From the NCBI GenBank assembly GCA_963706005.1, contig CAVPLL010000002.1:150148-214147 (forward strand): a stretch of DNA of 64,000 nt, written 5' to 3'. The notes under the pieces were generated by a model that worked only from the letters and a program-made list of their open reading frames with translations, was not told where the DNA came from and searched no databases. This document shows positions 1 to 8,371 of the stretch, one piece after another. Every line of letters starts with the position of its first letter. The first letter of the stretch is position 1. Source of the stretch: an uncultured Actinomycetes bacterium. Its GTDB lineage: Bacteria; Actinomycetota; UBA4738; HRBIN12. The translations under genes were made by a program, and so were the position numbers.

Positions 1-1389
1 GGCTCGAGCACCTCGACCCAGGTGTCGGCGATCAACTTCGTGATCGCCAACCAGGCCACGTTCAACATCCGAGCGATGAACATGAGCCTCGGCACGTCCG
101 AGGACTTCAACACCTCCCCGTGCGCGAATCCCTCCGACCCCCGGGTGGCGGCGTTCGCGAACGCGCGGGCGGCGGGGATCATTCCGGTCATCGCGAGCGG
201 GAACAACCGCTTCGCGAACGGCTCGAACCATGTCGGCATCTCGAGGCCCGCGTGCATCCCGGGCGCGTTCCCGGTCGGCGCCGTCTACGACGGCGACAAC
301 GGCGGCCTGATCTGGGGTGGCCCGAACGCCGACGACCGGTGCACCGACGCAACGTCGGCCGCGGACCAGATCACGTGCTTCTCGCAGGTCTGGACGAACC
401 CGATGATGCTGGCGCCCGGCGCGTTGATCACCGCGGCCGGGATCACAGAGGGTGGGACCTCCCAGGCGACGCCCCACGTGGCGGGAGGTGTCGCCGTGCT
501 CTTCGACGCATCGCCCGGCGCGACGATCTCGGCGGTGGAGACGGCGCTCCGCGGCTCCGGGCCCCAGATCTTCGACGGGCTGGTGGGGCAGAGCTTCCAC
601 CGGCTCGATCTCCCCGCGTCGATCGCCTCCCTGGGCGGCACGACGACCACCACGAGCACGACCACCACCACCACGACGACCACGACGACCACGACCACCC
701 CGCCGCCGGGAGCCTGCACGATCGACGGGACGCCGAATGCCGACGTCCTCGTGGGCACGCCCGGTGACGACGTCATCTGTGGCGAGGGAGGCGACGACGT
801 GCTGATCGTCGGAGGAGGCAACGACACGGTCATCGGCGGTGATGGCTTCGACTTCGTCTCCTTGGAGGACGCGACGGGCGGCGGGACGGTCGATGTCGCC
901 GCCGGCATCGCGACCGCTCCCGGGATCGCGGCCACGCTCCAGGAGATCGAGGGCGTGATCGGGACGCCGTTCGCCGACACCCTCACGGGCAACAACGACG
1001 ACAACGACTTCCTAGGCCTGGGAGGGGACGACGACATCGACGGTGGTGCCGGCTTCGACTTCGCGAGGTACGACTTCGCCACCAAGCGGATCCGCGCCGA
1101 CCTCGGCCGGGGGGTCGCCCGAGGCGAGGGGACCGACTCGCTGGCCTCCTTCGAGGGATTTGTGGGAGGCCCGAAGGACGATGAGGTGTCGGGCAACGGC
1201 ACCTCGAACGTGCTCTTCGGCCTGAAGGGCGACGATCTCCTGCAGGGGCTCGGCAAGCCGGACACGCTGCTCGGAGGGCCGGGCGCCGACGATCTCTTCG
1301 GAGGCGGGGGCAACGACGACCTCCGCGGCGGGCCCGGTGCTGACTCCTGCGACGTGGGACCCGGTGGCGGCACGACCTCCTCCTGCTGA
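1..1389 (+). CDS. Secreted S8 (subtilisin-family) serine peptidase, C-terminal part (5' end lies outside the window), followed by a poly-Thr linker and hemolysin-type (RTX-like) Ca-binding repeats
   Basis: Frame 1 is open from base 1. Catalytic-Ser motif GTSQATPHVAGG. A 20-codon Thr/Ser run at 640-699 is followed by PPP. Repeated GGxGxD-type units (GGDGFDF, GGPGADDLF, GGGGNDDLR, GGPGADSCD) run to the stop at 1387-1389. Confidence 0.8.
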   Translation, partial: GSSTSTQVSAINFVIANQATFNIRAMNMSLGTSEDFNTSPCANPSDPRVAAFANARAAGIIPVIASGNNRFANGSNHVGISRPACIPGAFPVGAVYDGDNGGLIWGGPNADDRCTDATSAADQITCFSQVWTNPMMLAPGALITAAGITEGGTSQATPHVAGGVAVLFDASPGATISAVETALRGSGPQIFDGLVGQSFHRLDLPASIASLGGTTTTTSTTTTTTTTTTTTTTPPPGACTIDGTPNADVLVGTPGDDVICGEGGDDVLIVGGGNDTVIGGDGFDFVSLEDATGGGTVDVAAGIATAPGIAATLQEIEGVIGTPFADTLTGNNDDNDFLGLGGDDDIDGGAGFDFARYDFATKRIRADLGRGVARGEGTDSLASFEGFVGGPKDDEVSGNGTSNVLFGLKGDDLLQGLGKPDTLLGGPGADDLFGGGGNDDLRGGPGADSCDVGPGGGTTSSC

Positions 1390-1544
1390 AAGGGTCCCCG
1401 ACACCAGCTGTCTTGGCCGTCGACGGCCGTGCACGCGCGGAGGTGACCACCGTCACGCGTGGCCGGTAGCCGCCGGCACCGAGCCCGGAGACCGGGTCGG
1501 CCTACCGTGGCCGCACACAGCCGGAGCAGGAGGAGGCGAGGTCG

Positions 1545-1877
1545 ATGGCCACCAGGATCGAGACCCTCGGAGGAGACAGGCGGGCTCCCCGCGCTGCCTG
1601 GATCATGCTGTTCGCGATCGTGATGGTCGCGGCGGCGCTCGCGATCGGGACCCTGGTCCGTTCGGACGGAGCGACGACGCGGCCGGCGCGCCCTGCTACC
1701 GCGGGTGCCGCCACACGGGTCGAGCCGGCGACGCAGGTCCCCGGTCTCATCAAGGCCGGCCTGCAGCCGAGGCCGTTCTCGCCGATCCCCGCGGTCAAGA
1801 CCGGCACCGTGGAGAAGGTCCCGGACGGGTTCGTGAAGATGCCGGGCGGTGAGGTCAGGCCGAGGTTCGGAGCCTAG
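1545..1877 (+). CDS. Hypothetical small membrane-anchored protein (110 aa)
   Basis: Strong SD AGGAGGAGG lies about 8 nt upstream of ATG 1545. One hydrophobic helix (AAWIMLFAIVMVAAALAIGTLV). No recognisable family. Confidence 0.45.
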   Translation: MATRIETLGGDRRAPRAAWIMLFAIVMVAAALAIGTLVRSDGATTRPARPATAGAATRVEPATQVPGLIKAGLQPRPFSPIPAVKTGTVEKVPDGFVKMPGGEVRPRFGA

Positions 1878-1904
1878 GCCCCCAAGGGAACGGACGTTCC
1901 ACCC

Positions 1905-1935
1905 GAAGGCCGGAGCCGCGAGGCTCCGGCCCTTC
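1905..1935. terminator. GC-rich hairpin between convergent genes (possible bidirectional terminator)
   Basis: GGCCGGAGCC (1908-1917), loop GCGA, GGCTCCGGCC (1922-1931), extended by GAA/TTC with one bulge. It sits between the stop of 1545..1877 (+) and the stop of trpG (-). Confidence 0.5.
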
Positions 1936-1960
1936 GCGCGCGGCGGGCTCGGGTCGTCGC

Positions 1961-2528
1961 CTACCCGACGAGGGACAGGAAGTTCCGAACGATCGTCGGG
2001 CCGTCCGGCGTCAGGATCGACTCGGGGTGGAACTGCACGCCGAACCGCGGCAGGGTCCGGTGCTGGGTGGCCATCACGAGGTCGTCGTCGCTCCACGCGG
2101 TGAGCTCGAGCTCCCTGGGGAGGTCGGCGCGCGTCACCACCAGGGAGTGGTACCTGCCGGCCTCGAACGGGTTCGGCACGTCGGCGAGGATCCCCCTGCC
2201 GCCGTGATACACGAGCGACGCCTTGCCGTGGACGGGCGTCGCGCGCTCCACCCGCGCGCCCGCGACGATGCCCATCGCCTGGTGGCCGAGGCAGACACCG
2301 AGGACCGGCGTCGCGTCAGGTAGGGCCCTGAGCAGCTCGGTGAAGACGCCGGCATCCTCCGGCCTCCCTGGGCCCGGCGACAGCACGACGGCGTCTGGCG
2401 CCGCGGGCGACGAGGGCCTCGGCGGGCTCCGCGTCGCTCTTCACCACCTCGGTCGTCGCGCCCAGGCTCTCGAACAGCTGCACGAGGTTGTAGGTGAACG
2501 AGTCGTAGTGGTCGACGACCAGGATCAC
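1961..2528 (-). pseudogene. trpG: Anthranilate synthase component II / glutamine amidotransferase (TrpG/PabA type), interrupted by one extra base (or a sequencing indel)
   Basis: The N-terminal part VILVVDHYDSFTYNLVQLFESLGATTEVVKSD runs from GTG 2528, which overlaps the trpE stop as GTGA. The rest (..PDAVVLSPGPGRPEDAG..GVCLGHQ..HSL..QFHPES) is in the next frame (ORF 1961..2386). The span is 568 nt = 3n+1. The frames join near 2399-2410. Confidence 0.85.
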
Positions 2529-4015
2529 GGGTCTCCCCCCGAACCGGATCCCTCCGCATCGAGGATCGCCGGCAGCAGCGCCGCCGCCTTCGCGTTCGTC
2601 TCGGCGAGCTCCACATCGGGGTCGGAGTCCGCGACGACACCGGCGCCGGTCTGGACGTACGCCGAGCCGTCGGAGATCACCGCGGTGCGGATCGTGATGC
2701 AGAAGTCGAGGTCGCCCGCGAACGTGCAGTACCCGACCGCCCCGGCGTACGGGCCGCGGGGCGTCGGCTCGTGCTCGGCGATCAGCTCCATCGCCCGGCG
2801 CTTCGGCGCGCCGGTCACCGTCCCGGCGGGGAACGTCACCGCGAGCGCGTCGAAGGGGTGGGCCCCGTCGGCGAGCTCGCCCTCGACCGTGCTGACGATG
2901 TGCATGACCTTGGAGAAGCGCTCGACCGACATGAGCTCGCTCGGACGCACCGTCCCGGGCGTGCACACGCGACCGAGATCGTTGCGCGCGAGGTCGACGA
3001 GCATCGCGTGCTCCGCGCGTTCCTTCGGATCGGCGAGGAGCTCGTGCTCGTACAGGCGGTCCCTGAGCTCGGTCTCACCGCGGGGGCGCGTGCCGGCGAT
3101 CGGACGGCTGGTCACCGTTCGCCCCTCGACGCGGACCAGTGGCTCGGGGGACGAGCCCGCGAGCTCGAGGCCCATCATCCGGACGAAGAACATGTACGGG
3201 GCCGGGTTCGTGACGCGGAGCCGACGGTAGATGGGGAAGCCGCCGCCCGTGCATGGGAACCCGAGCCGCCGAGAGGGGACGCCCTGGTAGATGTCGCCGG
3301 CAGCGATGTGGTCCTTCATCGTCCGCACGATCTCGCGGTAGCGCTCATCGGGCATGTTCGGCTCGCCGATGGGGTCGACGCCGGCGGGCGCCGGTCCCGG
3401 CAGGGGGTCGGGTGAGGGGGCGTGAGGCCCCGACAGCCGAGCCGCGAGACCCTCCAGCGCCTCCGTGCCGGCCTCGTAGTCCCCGGGCCGAACGTGGGCG
3501 ACCAGGAGCATGCGCTGCCGCCAGTGGTCGAACACCACGGCCCGGTCCACCAGCATCAGCGCGATCGGCGGCCCCGGCGCGTCGCCGCCGGGGAAGGGGT
3601 GACCGTCCAGGAGCGCAGCCGCCTCGTAGGAGAGGAAACCCATCAGGCCGCCGGTGAGCGACGGCAGGCCATCCACCCGCGGCGCCCGGAGGGACCTCGC
3701 GAGGGCGACGAGGTCCGCCCGGGCGTCGCCGGTATCCGGGGCCTCGAACGGCAACCGGTCCGATGCGTCGAGGATCCGGACGCCGTCGCGGTCGAGCACG
3801 ACGATGGCGGCCGGGTCGCCTGCGACGAACGAGTACCGCCCCCAACGCTCTGACCGCTCGACGCTCTCGAGCAGCAGCCCGGGCCCGTCGCCCGCGAGCG
3901 CGGGGAACACGCCGACGGGCGTCGAGACGTCAGCGAGCAGCTCGGTCCACACTGGTGCGAGCGCGAACCCGTCGGCCGAGCGTTCGAACGCGTCTCGATC
4001 GGGGCGAACCCTCAC
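2525..4015 (-). CDS. trpE: Anthranilate synthase component I (TrpE; chorismate-binding enzyme family)
   Basis: 496 aa. LLESVERSERWGRYS matches the LLES-X10-S motif. The chorismate-binding C-terminal region includes GAVGY and G.GVVADSDP. GTG start at 4015 is preceded by SD GGAGGAG. Translationally coupled to the amidotransferase downstream. Confidence 0.85.
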   Translation of the reverse strand: MRVRPDRDAFERSADGFALAPVWTELLADVSTPVGVFPALAGDGPGLLLESVERSERWGRYSFVAGDPAAIVVLDRDGVRILDASDRLPFEAPDTGDARADLVALARSLRAPRVDGLPSLTGGLMGFLSYEAAALLDGHPFPGGDAPGPPIALMLVDRAVVFDHWRQRMLLVAHVRPGDYEAGTEALEGLAARLSGPHAPSPDPLPGPAPAGVDPIGEPNMPDERYREIVRTMKDHIAAGDIYQGVPSRRLGFPCTGGGFPIYRRLRVTNPAPYMFFVRMMGLELAGSSPEPLVRVEGRTVTSRPIAGTRPRGETELRDRLYEHELLADPKERAEHAMLVDLARNDLGRVCTPGTVRPSELMSVERFSKVMHIVSTVEGELADGAHPFDALAVTFPAGTVTGAPKRRAMELIAEHEPTPRGPYAGAVGYCTFAGDLDFCITIRTAVISDGSAYVQTGAGVVADSDPDVELAETNAKAAALLPAILDAEGSGSGGDP

Positions 4016-4063
4016 TGGTCTCCTCCGCCGGAACGTCCCGCGGCATCCCTCCGCGAGGCCGGT

Positions 4064-4126
4064 ACCCTACCCGCGTCCGTCACGCGGGGTGTGGTCCGGC
4101 GCGTTCACCGTCCCGTGGGGTAGGGT
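4064..4126 (-). promoter_or_regulatory. Possible structured 5' leader of trpE with two mutually exclusive pairings
   Basis: ACCCTACCCGCGT (4064-4076) can pair locally with ACGCGGG (4082-4088) or distally with GGGTAGGGT (4118-4126). The two helices share the CCC at 4070-4072. Confidence 0.3.
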
Positions 4127-4158
4127 GTTGCGCCACTGAACGAGGGGGAGAGCCCGCG

Positions 4159-5745
4159 ATGCGAACGTCCCGAAGGTTGGTTGCCGTCCCGATCGTGCTC
4201 GTCGCCGGCCTGGCGTTGCTGTTCGTCGCTCCGGCGTCGGCGCAACGTCAGGCACGACCGCACGTCCGCTCCGCTCCGCGAGCGGTCGTGCACGGACGCG
4301 TGACGTCCGCGTCACAGCGCCAGCCCACGTCGTTCGGGGTGTTCTCCCAGCGGTCGCGTCCGACCACGACCGTCCGGGTGGCGGGTGCGCGTCCGAGCGC
4401 TCGCGCGCCCGGCTCCGTCTCGGGCTTCGACGGGATGGCCGACCTCGACGGGTTCGTCCCGTCCGACACGACCGGCGCGCTCGGCGACAGCTTCTTCGTC
4501 GCGGCCGTGAACAGCAGCGTGGAGGTCTTCAACAAGGACGGCACGGTGGCCGTCCCGAGGACGCCGCTCGAGTCGATCGCCGGCGACTCGTCCATCCAGC
4601 ACTTCGACCCCAAGGTGATCTACGACCAGTACGCGGACACGTTCGTGGTGGTCTGGCTCGGACAGGCGGACGCGCCGCGGGCCTCGCGGATCTTCATGGA
4701 GGCGATCCCGAACGCGACGGCCTCCACCACGAGCACCTGGTGCGGGACGAGCTTCTCCGGAGACCAGATCCCTGGGGCGCTCGACCTGTGGGCGGACTAC
4801 CCGACGGTCGGCTACAACGACACGCGGATCACGATCTCCACGAACATGTTCACGTTCCCGAGCTCGATCGCGTCGTTCCGCTACTCGCAGATCTTGACGA
4901 TCGACAAGTCGGTGTACGACTGCTCGCTGCCGGTGCCGACACCGACCGTGTTCGGCGGCACCCAGACGCGCGACGCCAACGGCGTCCAGTCCTTCACGAT
5001 CCAAGCCGCGCAGACGGTCGGCACGTTGCCCGGACCGCAGCTGTTGATCTCGTTCCAGAAGGTCAATGGGAGGAACGACTACCTCGTGCTGTGGCGGATC
5101 AAGCCGACGGCGACGGGGTTCACCCTCAAGAAGGCGTGTTGCGGCGCCACGGGCAAGGTGTCCGAGCCGCCGCCGGGCACGCAGGGCGGCGGTGGGGTGA
5201 ACAACCCGGACCTCTTCTGGGACGCGGGGGACACCCGTCTCGTCAACGCGTTCTACGACGCCGATCGCAACGAGCTCTTCGCCGCGCACACGGTGTTCAA
5301 GAACTTCACGCCGGACGTCCTGACCGGCGGATACGCCGAGGCGGCGGTGCAGTGGTACGAGGTGGATCCCGCGGCCAAGCTGCTCAACTCCACGCTCGCC
5401 CGCAGGGGGGTGATCGGTTCGACCGAGGTCGACCTGGGATGGCCGACCGTCGCGACCGACGCCGACGGGACCCTCTTCGTCACCTACAATCGAGCGAGCG
5501 ACCCGCACGGGGAGTTCCTCTCGGCTTGGGTGGCGACGATCCCGCCCGGCTCGACCGCGGACACGCAGTTCCTGCTCCACGCGGGGTCGGCGACGTATGA
5601 CCTCAGCATCGGGAAGGAGCGGTGGGGCGACTTCACCGCGATCAACCGCGATCCGCAGTCCCCCGGACAGGTCGCGACGTTCAACCAGTACGCCTCCTCG
5701 CCCACGACGTGGCAGCAGTTCATCAGCGTCGTCACCGACAACTGA
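4159..5745 (+). CDS. Secreted hypothetical protein (about 528 aa), possibly beta-propeller-like
   Basis: SD GGGGGAG lies 9 nt before ATG 4159. Sec signal MRTSRRLVAVPIVLVAGLALLFVAPASA. No motif I can name. The part of the long ORF upstream of 4159 is Arg-rich and antisense to trpE. Confidence 0.7.
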   Translation: MRTSRRLVAVPIVLVAGLALLFVAPASAQRQARPHVRSAPRAVVHGRVTSASQRQPTSFGVFSQRSRPTTTVRVAGARPSARAPGSVSGFDGMADLDGFVPSDTTGALGDSFFVAAVNSSVEVFNKDGTVAVPRTPLESIAGDSSIQHFDPKVIYDQYADTFVVVWLGQADAPRASRIFMEAIPNATASTTSTWCGTSFSGDQIPGALDLWADYPTVGYNDTRITISTNMFTFPSSIASFRYSQILTIDKSVYDCSLPVPTPTVFGGTQTRDANGVQSFTIQAAQTVGTLPGPQLLISFQKVNGRNDYLVLWRIKPTATGFTLKKACCGATGKVSEPPPGTQGGGGVNNPDLFWDAGDTRLVNAFYDADRNELFAAHTVFKNFTPDVLTGGYAEAAVQWYEVDPAAKLLNSTLARRGVIGSTEVDLGWPTVATDADGTLFVTYNRASDPHGEFLSAWVATIPPGSTADTQFLLHAGSATYDLSIGKERWGDFTAINRDPQSPGQVATFNQYASSPTTWQQFISVVTDN

Positions 5746-5776
5746 GGCTGGAGCGCGACCGGTATCCTGAGCCTCC

Positions 5777-7486
5777 ATGAGGCTCTCCGGTCTGTTCACG
5801 CCCACCCTGCGCGACGATCCCGCCGAGGCGGAGATCGCCTCGCACCGGTTGCTGCTCCGTGCGGCGTTCATCCGTCAGGTGGCCGCGGGCATCTACACGA
5901 CCCTGCCGCTCGGCCTGCGCTCCATCCGCAAGATCGAACGGATCGTCCGCGAGGAGATGGACGCGTCCGGCGCGCAGGAGTTCCGGATGCCGATCCTGCT
6001 CCCCGCCGAGCCCTGGAAAGCCACGGGCCGTTGGGACCTGTACGGCGACACGCTCTTCCATCTGAAGGACCGTCACGAGCGGGAGCTGCTCCTCGGGCCC
6101 ACGCAGGAGGAGGTCGTCACGCAGCACGTCGCCGCCGACCTGCCCTCCTACCGTGATCTGCCGGTCAACCTGTACCAGATCGAGTGGAAGTACCGGGACG
6201 AGTTCCGTCCCCGCTTCGGGCTCCTGCGAGGCCGGGAGTTCCTCATGAAGGACGCGTACACGTTCGACCGGGACGAGGCGGGGATGGCGCGCTCCTACGA
6301 CACGATGCTGCGGGCGTACCGGAAGGTCTTCGACCGCTGCGCGCTGTCCTACCTCGTGGTCGAGGCGGAGCCGGGTCAGATCGGTGGCGGCGTGAACCAC
6401 GAGTTCATGGCGCCGGCCGAGGTGGGCGAGGACCTCTTCGTCGAGTGCGTGAACGGCGACTACCTCGCGGACTGGAAGGCGGCGACCCCGCGAGCGCCCG
6501 AGCCCGCGTCGACCGACTCCCTGGCTCCGCTCGAGAGGGTGCACACGCCGGATGCGCCCACGATCGAGGCTGTCTCGCGGCTGCTCGGCGTCCCTGCCGA
6601 GCGGACGCTGAAGACCATGCTGTTCGACGCCGGAGACGCGACGGTGGCGGTCCTGCTCCCGGGGGACCGCGAGGTCGAGGAGGCCAAGCTCGAACGCCTC
6701 TTGTTCCCCACGCCGGTCCGACGGTTCGAGGACGGCGACTTCGCGGACCGCGGGTTCGCGAAGGGGTACGTCGGTCCCCAGGATCTGGACGCGGCGGTGA
6801 CCGTCCTCGCCGACCACTCCGTCCGCGGCGGGACCGACTGGGTGACCGGCGCGAACGAAACGGGCTTCCACGTCACCGGCGCGAACGTCGAGCGTGACTT
6901 CCGGGTCGACCGCTACGTGGACATCGTCGCGCTCCGCGACGGGGATCGCTGCCCGATCGACGGCGGGGATCTCCGGGTCGGCCGGTCGATCGTCGTGGGC
7001 CACATCTACCAGCTCGGTACGCGCTACTCCGCGCCGCTGCGGGCGACGTTCGTGGACGAAGACGGGTCCGAGCGCCTGTATCAGATGGGGAGTCACGGCA
7101 TCGGCATCTCGCGCATCCTCGCGGCCGCCGCGGAGCAGTTCCACGACGATGCCGGGCTGCGCCTGCCGAAGGTGCTCGCGCCCTTCGAGGCGGTGGTCCT
7201 CATCGCGAACCGGGACGACGAGCGGGTGGTGGCCGAGGCCGAACGGATCTACACGGAGCTCCTCGGGGCGGGGGTGGATACCGCGATCGACGACCGGGAG
7301 CAGACCGCGGGGGTGAAGTTCGCCGACGCCGACCTGATCGGGTACCCGGTCCAGCTGGTGATCGGGAAGCGCGGTGTCCAGGCGGGAACCGCAGATCTCA
7401 AGCTCCGCGCGACGGGTGAGCGTTCCCAGGCCGCCCTGTCGGAGGCCGCGCGAGCGGCCGTGGACCTGCTCGCGACGGCGCCCTAG
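5777..7486 (+). CDS. proS: Proline--tRNA ligase (bacterial type with editing insertion)
   Basis: 569 aa. N-terminus MRLSGLFTPTLRDDPAEAEIASHRLLLRAAFIRQVAAGIYTTLPLGLR. Class II motifs and a YbaK-like insertion are present. Confidence 0.95.
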   Translation: MRLSGLFTPTLRDDPAEAEIASHRLLLRAAFIRQVAAGIYTTLPLGLRSIRKIERIVREEMDASGAQEFRMPILLPAEPWKATGRWDLYGDTLFHLKDRHERELLLGPTQEEVVTQHVAADLPSYRDLPVNLYQIEWKYRDEFRPRFGLLRGREFLMKDAYTFDRDEAGMARSYDTMLRAYRKVFDRCALSYLVVEAEPGQIGGGVNHEFMAPAEVGEDLFVECVNGDYLADWKAATPRAPEPASTDSLAPLERVHTPDAPTIEAVSRLLGVPAERTLKTMLFDAGDATVAVLLPGDREVEEAKLERLLFPTPVRRFEDGDFADRGFAKGYVGPQDLDAAVTVLADHSVRGGTDWVTGANETGFHVTGANVERDFRVDRYVDIVALRDGDRCPIDGGDLRVGRSIVVGHIYQLGTRYSAPLRATFVDEDGSERLYQMGSHGIGISRILAAAAEQFHDDAGLRLPKVLAPFEAVVLIANRDDERVVAEAERIYTELLGAGVDTAIDDREQTAGVKFADADLIGYPVQLVIGKRGVQAGTADLKLRATGERSQAALSEAARAAVDLLATAP

Positions 7487-7496
7487 GCTGGCCCCC

Positions 7497-7781
7497 GTGG
7501 GAGTCGTTCGGGCGCCGAACCGTCTCCGGGATTTCGTCAAGCTCCGGCCCGAGGTCGAGGGGGTCCTCCAGCACGTGGGGCTCCGGACCTGGGACCTGGT
7601 GCTCGTCGATGCCACCGGCCTGTGGGTGCGCGACGAGGTGGCTTCGGAGGAGGACGCGGAGGCCATCTGCGGACAGCTCGCGGTCCGGCTCCACCGAGGC
7701 TGGGACGATCCCCGACTGACCCGGCGGATGGGCGCCCGCGACCACTGGAACACCCCCGACGGGCAGCGCCGGGCGCTGTGA
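7497..7781 (+). CDS. Hypothetical small protein (94 aa)
   Basis: GTG 7497 lies 11 nt after the proS stop, in the frame of ORF 7374..7781. Acidic protein with no recognised family. Coding status is uncertain. Confidence 0.35.
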   Translation: MGVVRAPNRLRDFVKLRPEVEGVLQHVGLRTWDLVLVDATGLWVRDEVASEEDAEAICGQLAVRLHRGWDDPRLTRRMGARDHWNTPDGQRRAL

Positions 7782-7852
7782 AGGACGCGATCGAGCTTCG
7801 GAGCGATGACCGTCGGGTATACTGAGCAGCAGAAACGGAACGGCTGCACCCG

Positions 7853-7880
7853 GAAGTGGGCTCGCGCCCACTTCTTCTTT
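7853..7880 (+). terminator. Intrinsic-terminator-like hairpin with T-tract in the rimP-nusA-infB leader (terminator of the upstream unit and/or an attenuator)
   Basis: GAAGTGGGC (7853-7861), loop TCGC, GCCCACTTC (7866-7874), then TTCTTT (7875-7880). A T-rich tail is rare in this GC-rich sequence. Confidence 0.55.
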
Positions 7881-7897
7881 CGAAGGGGTCGTTCGAG

Positions 7898-8371
7898 GTG
7901 CGCGAGAAGGAGGTCGCAGACCTGGTCCGGCCGGTCGTCGAGGGCGCCGGGCTGGAGGTGTGGGAGGTCTCGTTCGGCCGGGAGGCCGGCCGGCGGATCC
8001 TCCGGGTGACGGTCGACCGGGACGGCGGCGTCGACCTCGACACCATCGCCGCCATCTCGCAGCGGGTGTCTCGCCGGCTCGACCTCGAGGGGTTCGAGCG
8101 GGACCGTCCGTACGAGCTCGAGGTGAGCTCGCCCGGGCTCGAACGGGCGCTCCGGGAGCCCCGGCACTTCGAACGGAGCGTCGGGCAACAGGTGAAGGTG
8201 AAGACGGTGGAGCCGGTGAACGGCCGACGGGTCCACGAGGGCGCGCTGGTCTCGGCCGATGCGGAAGCGATCGTCATCGCGTCCGAGGGTGGAGAGCTGC
8301 GCGTCCCCTACGACGGTGTCGCCTCGGCGAGGACCGTCTTCGCGTGGAAGAAGGCAGGGAGCAGGACATGA
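7898..8371 (+). CDS. rimP: Ribosome maturation factor RimP
   Basis: VADLVRPVVEGAGLEVWEVSF..ILRVTVDRDGGVDLDTIAAISQRVS..YELEVSSPGLERAL. GTG 7898 has GAAGGGG 9 nt upstream. Its stop overlaps the nusA start (ATGA). Confidence 0.85.
   Translation: MREKEVADLVRPVVEGAGLEVWEVSFGREAGRRILRVTVDRDGGVDLDTIAAISQRVSRRLDLEGFERDRPYELEVSSPGLERALREPRHFERSVGQQVKVKTVEPVNGRRVHEGALVSADAEAIVIASEGGELRVPYDGVASARTVFAWKKAGSRT

Noticed and set aside
285-2096. 603-aa ORF on the minus strand. Similar very long antisense or alternate-frame ORFs include 5732..8236 (-), 9377..11554 (-), 9814..12306 (+), 52466..54832 (-), 60126..62936 (-) and 60182..63472 (+).
   Set aside because: They lie antisense to, or out of frame with, genes that carry unmistakable family motifs. 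Their translations are Arg/Pro/Gly/Ala-rich low-complexity sequence with no motifs. Stop codons are rare in any frame at ~70% GC. They are treated as compositional artefacts.
3763-4158. Upstream 132 codons of ORF 3763..5745.
   Set aside because: The segment is Arg-rich and overlaps trpE on the opposite strand. A strong SD plus a signal peptide begin at 4159.
4016-4158. Classical Trp-codon leader peptide or T-box for trpE.
   Set aside because: There is no short ORF with a start codon and tandem TGG codons. Only a single TGG occurs, in an ORF without a nearby start. There is no T-box-like specifier or T-tract. Only the alternative-helix observation is kept, at low confidence.
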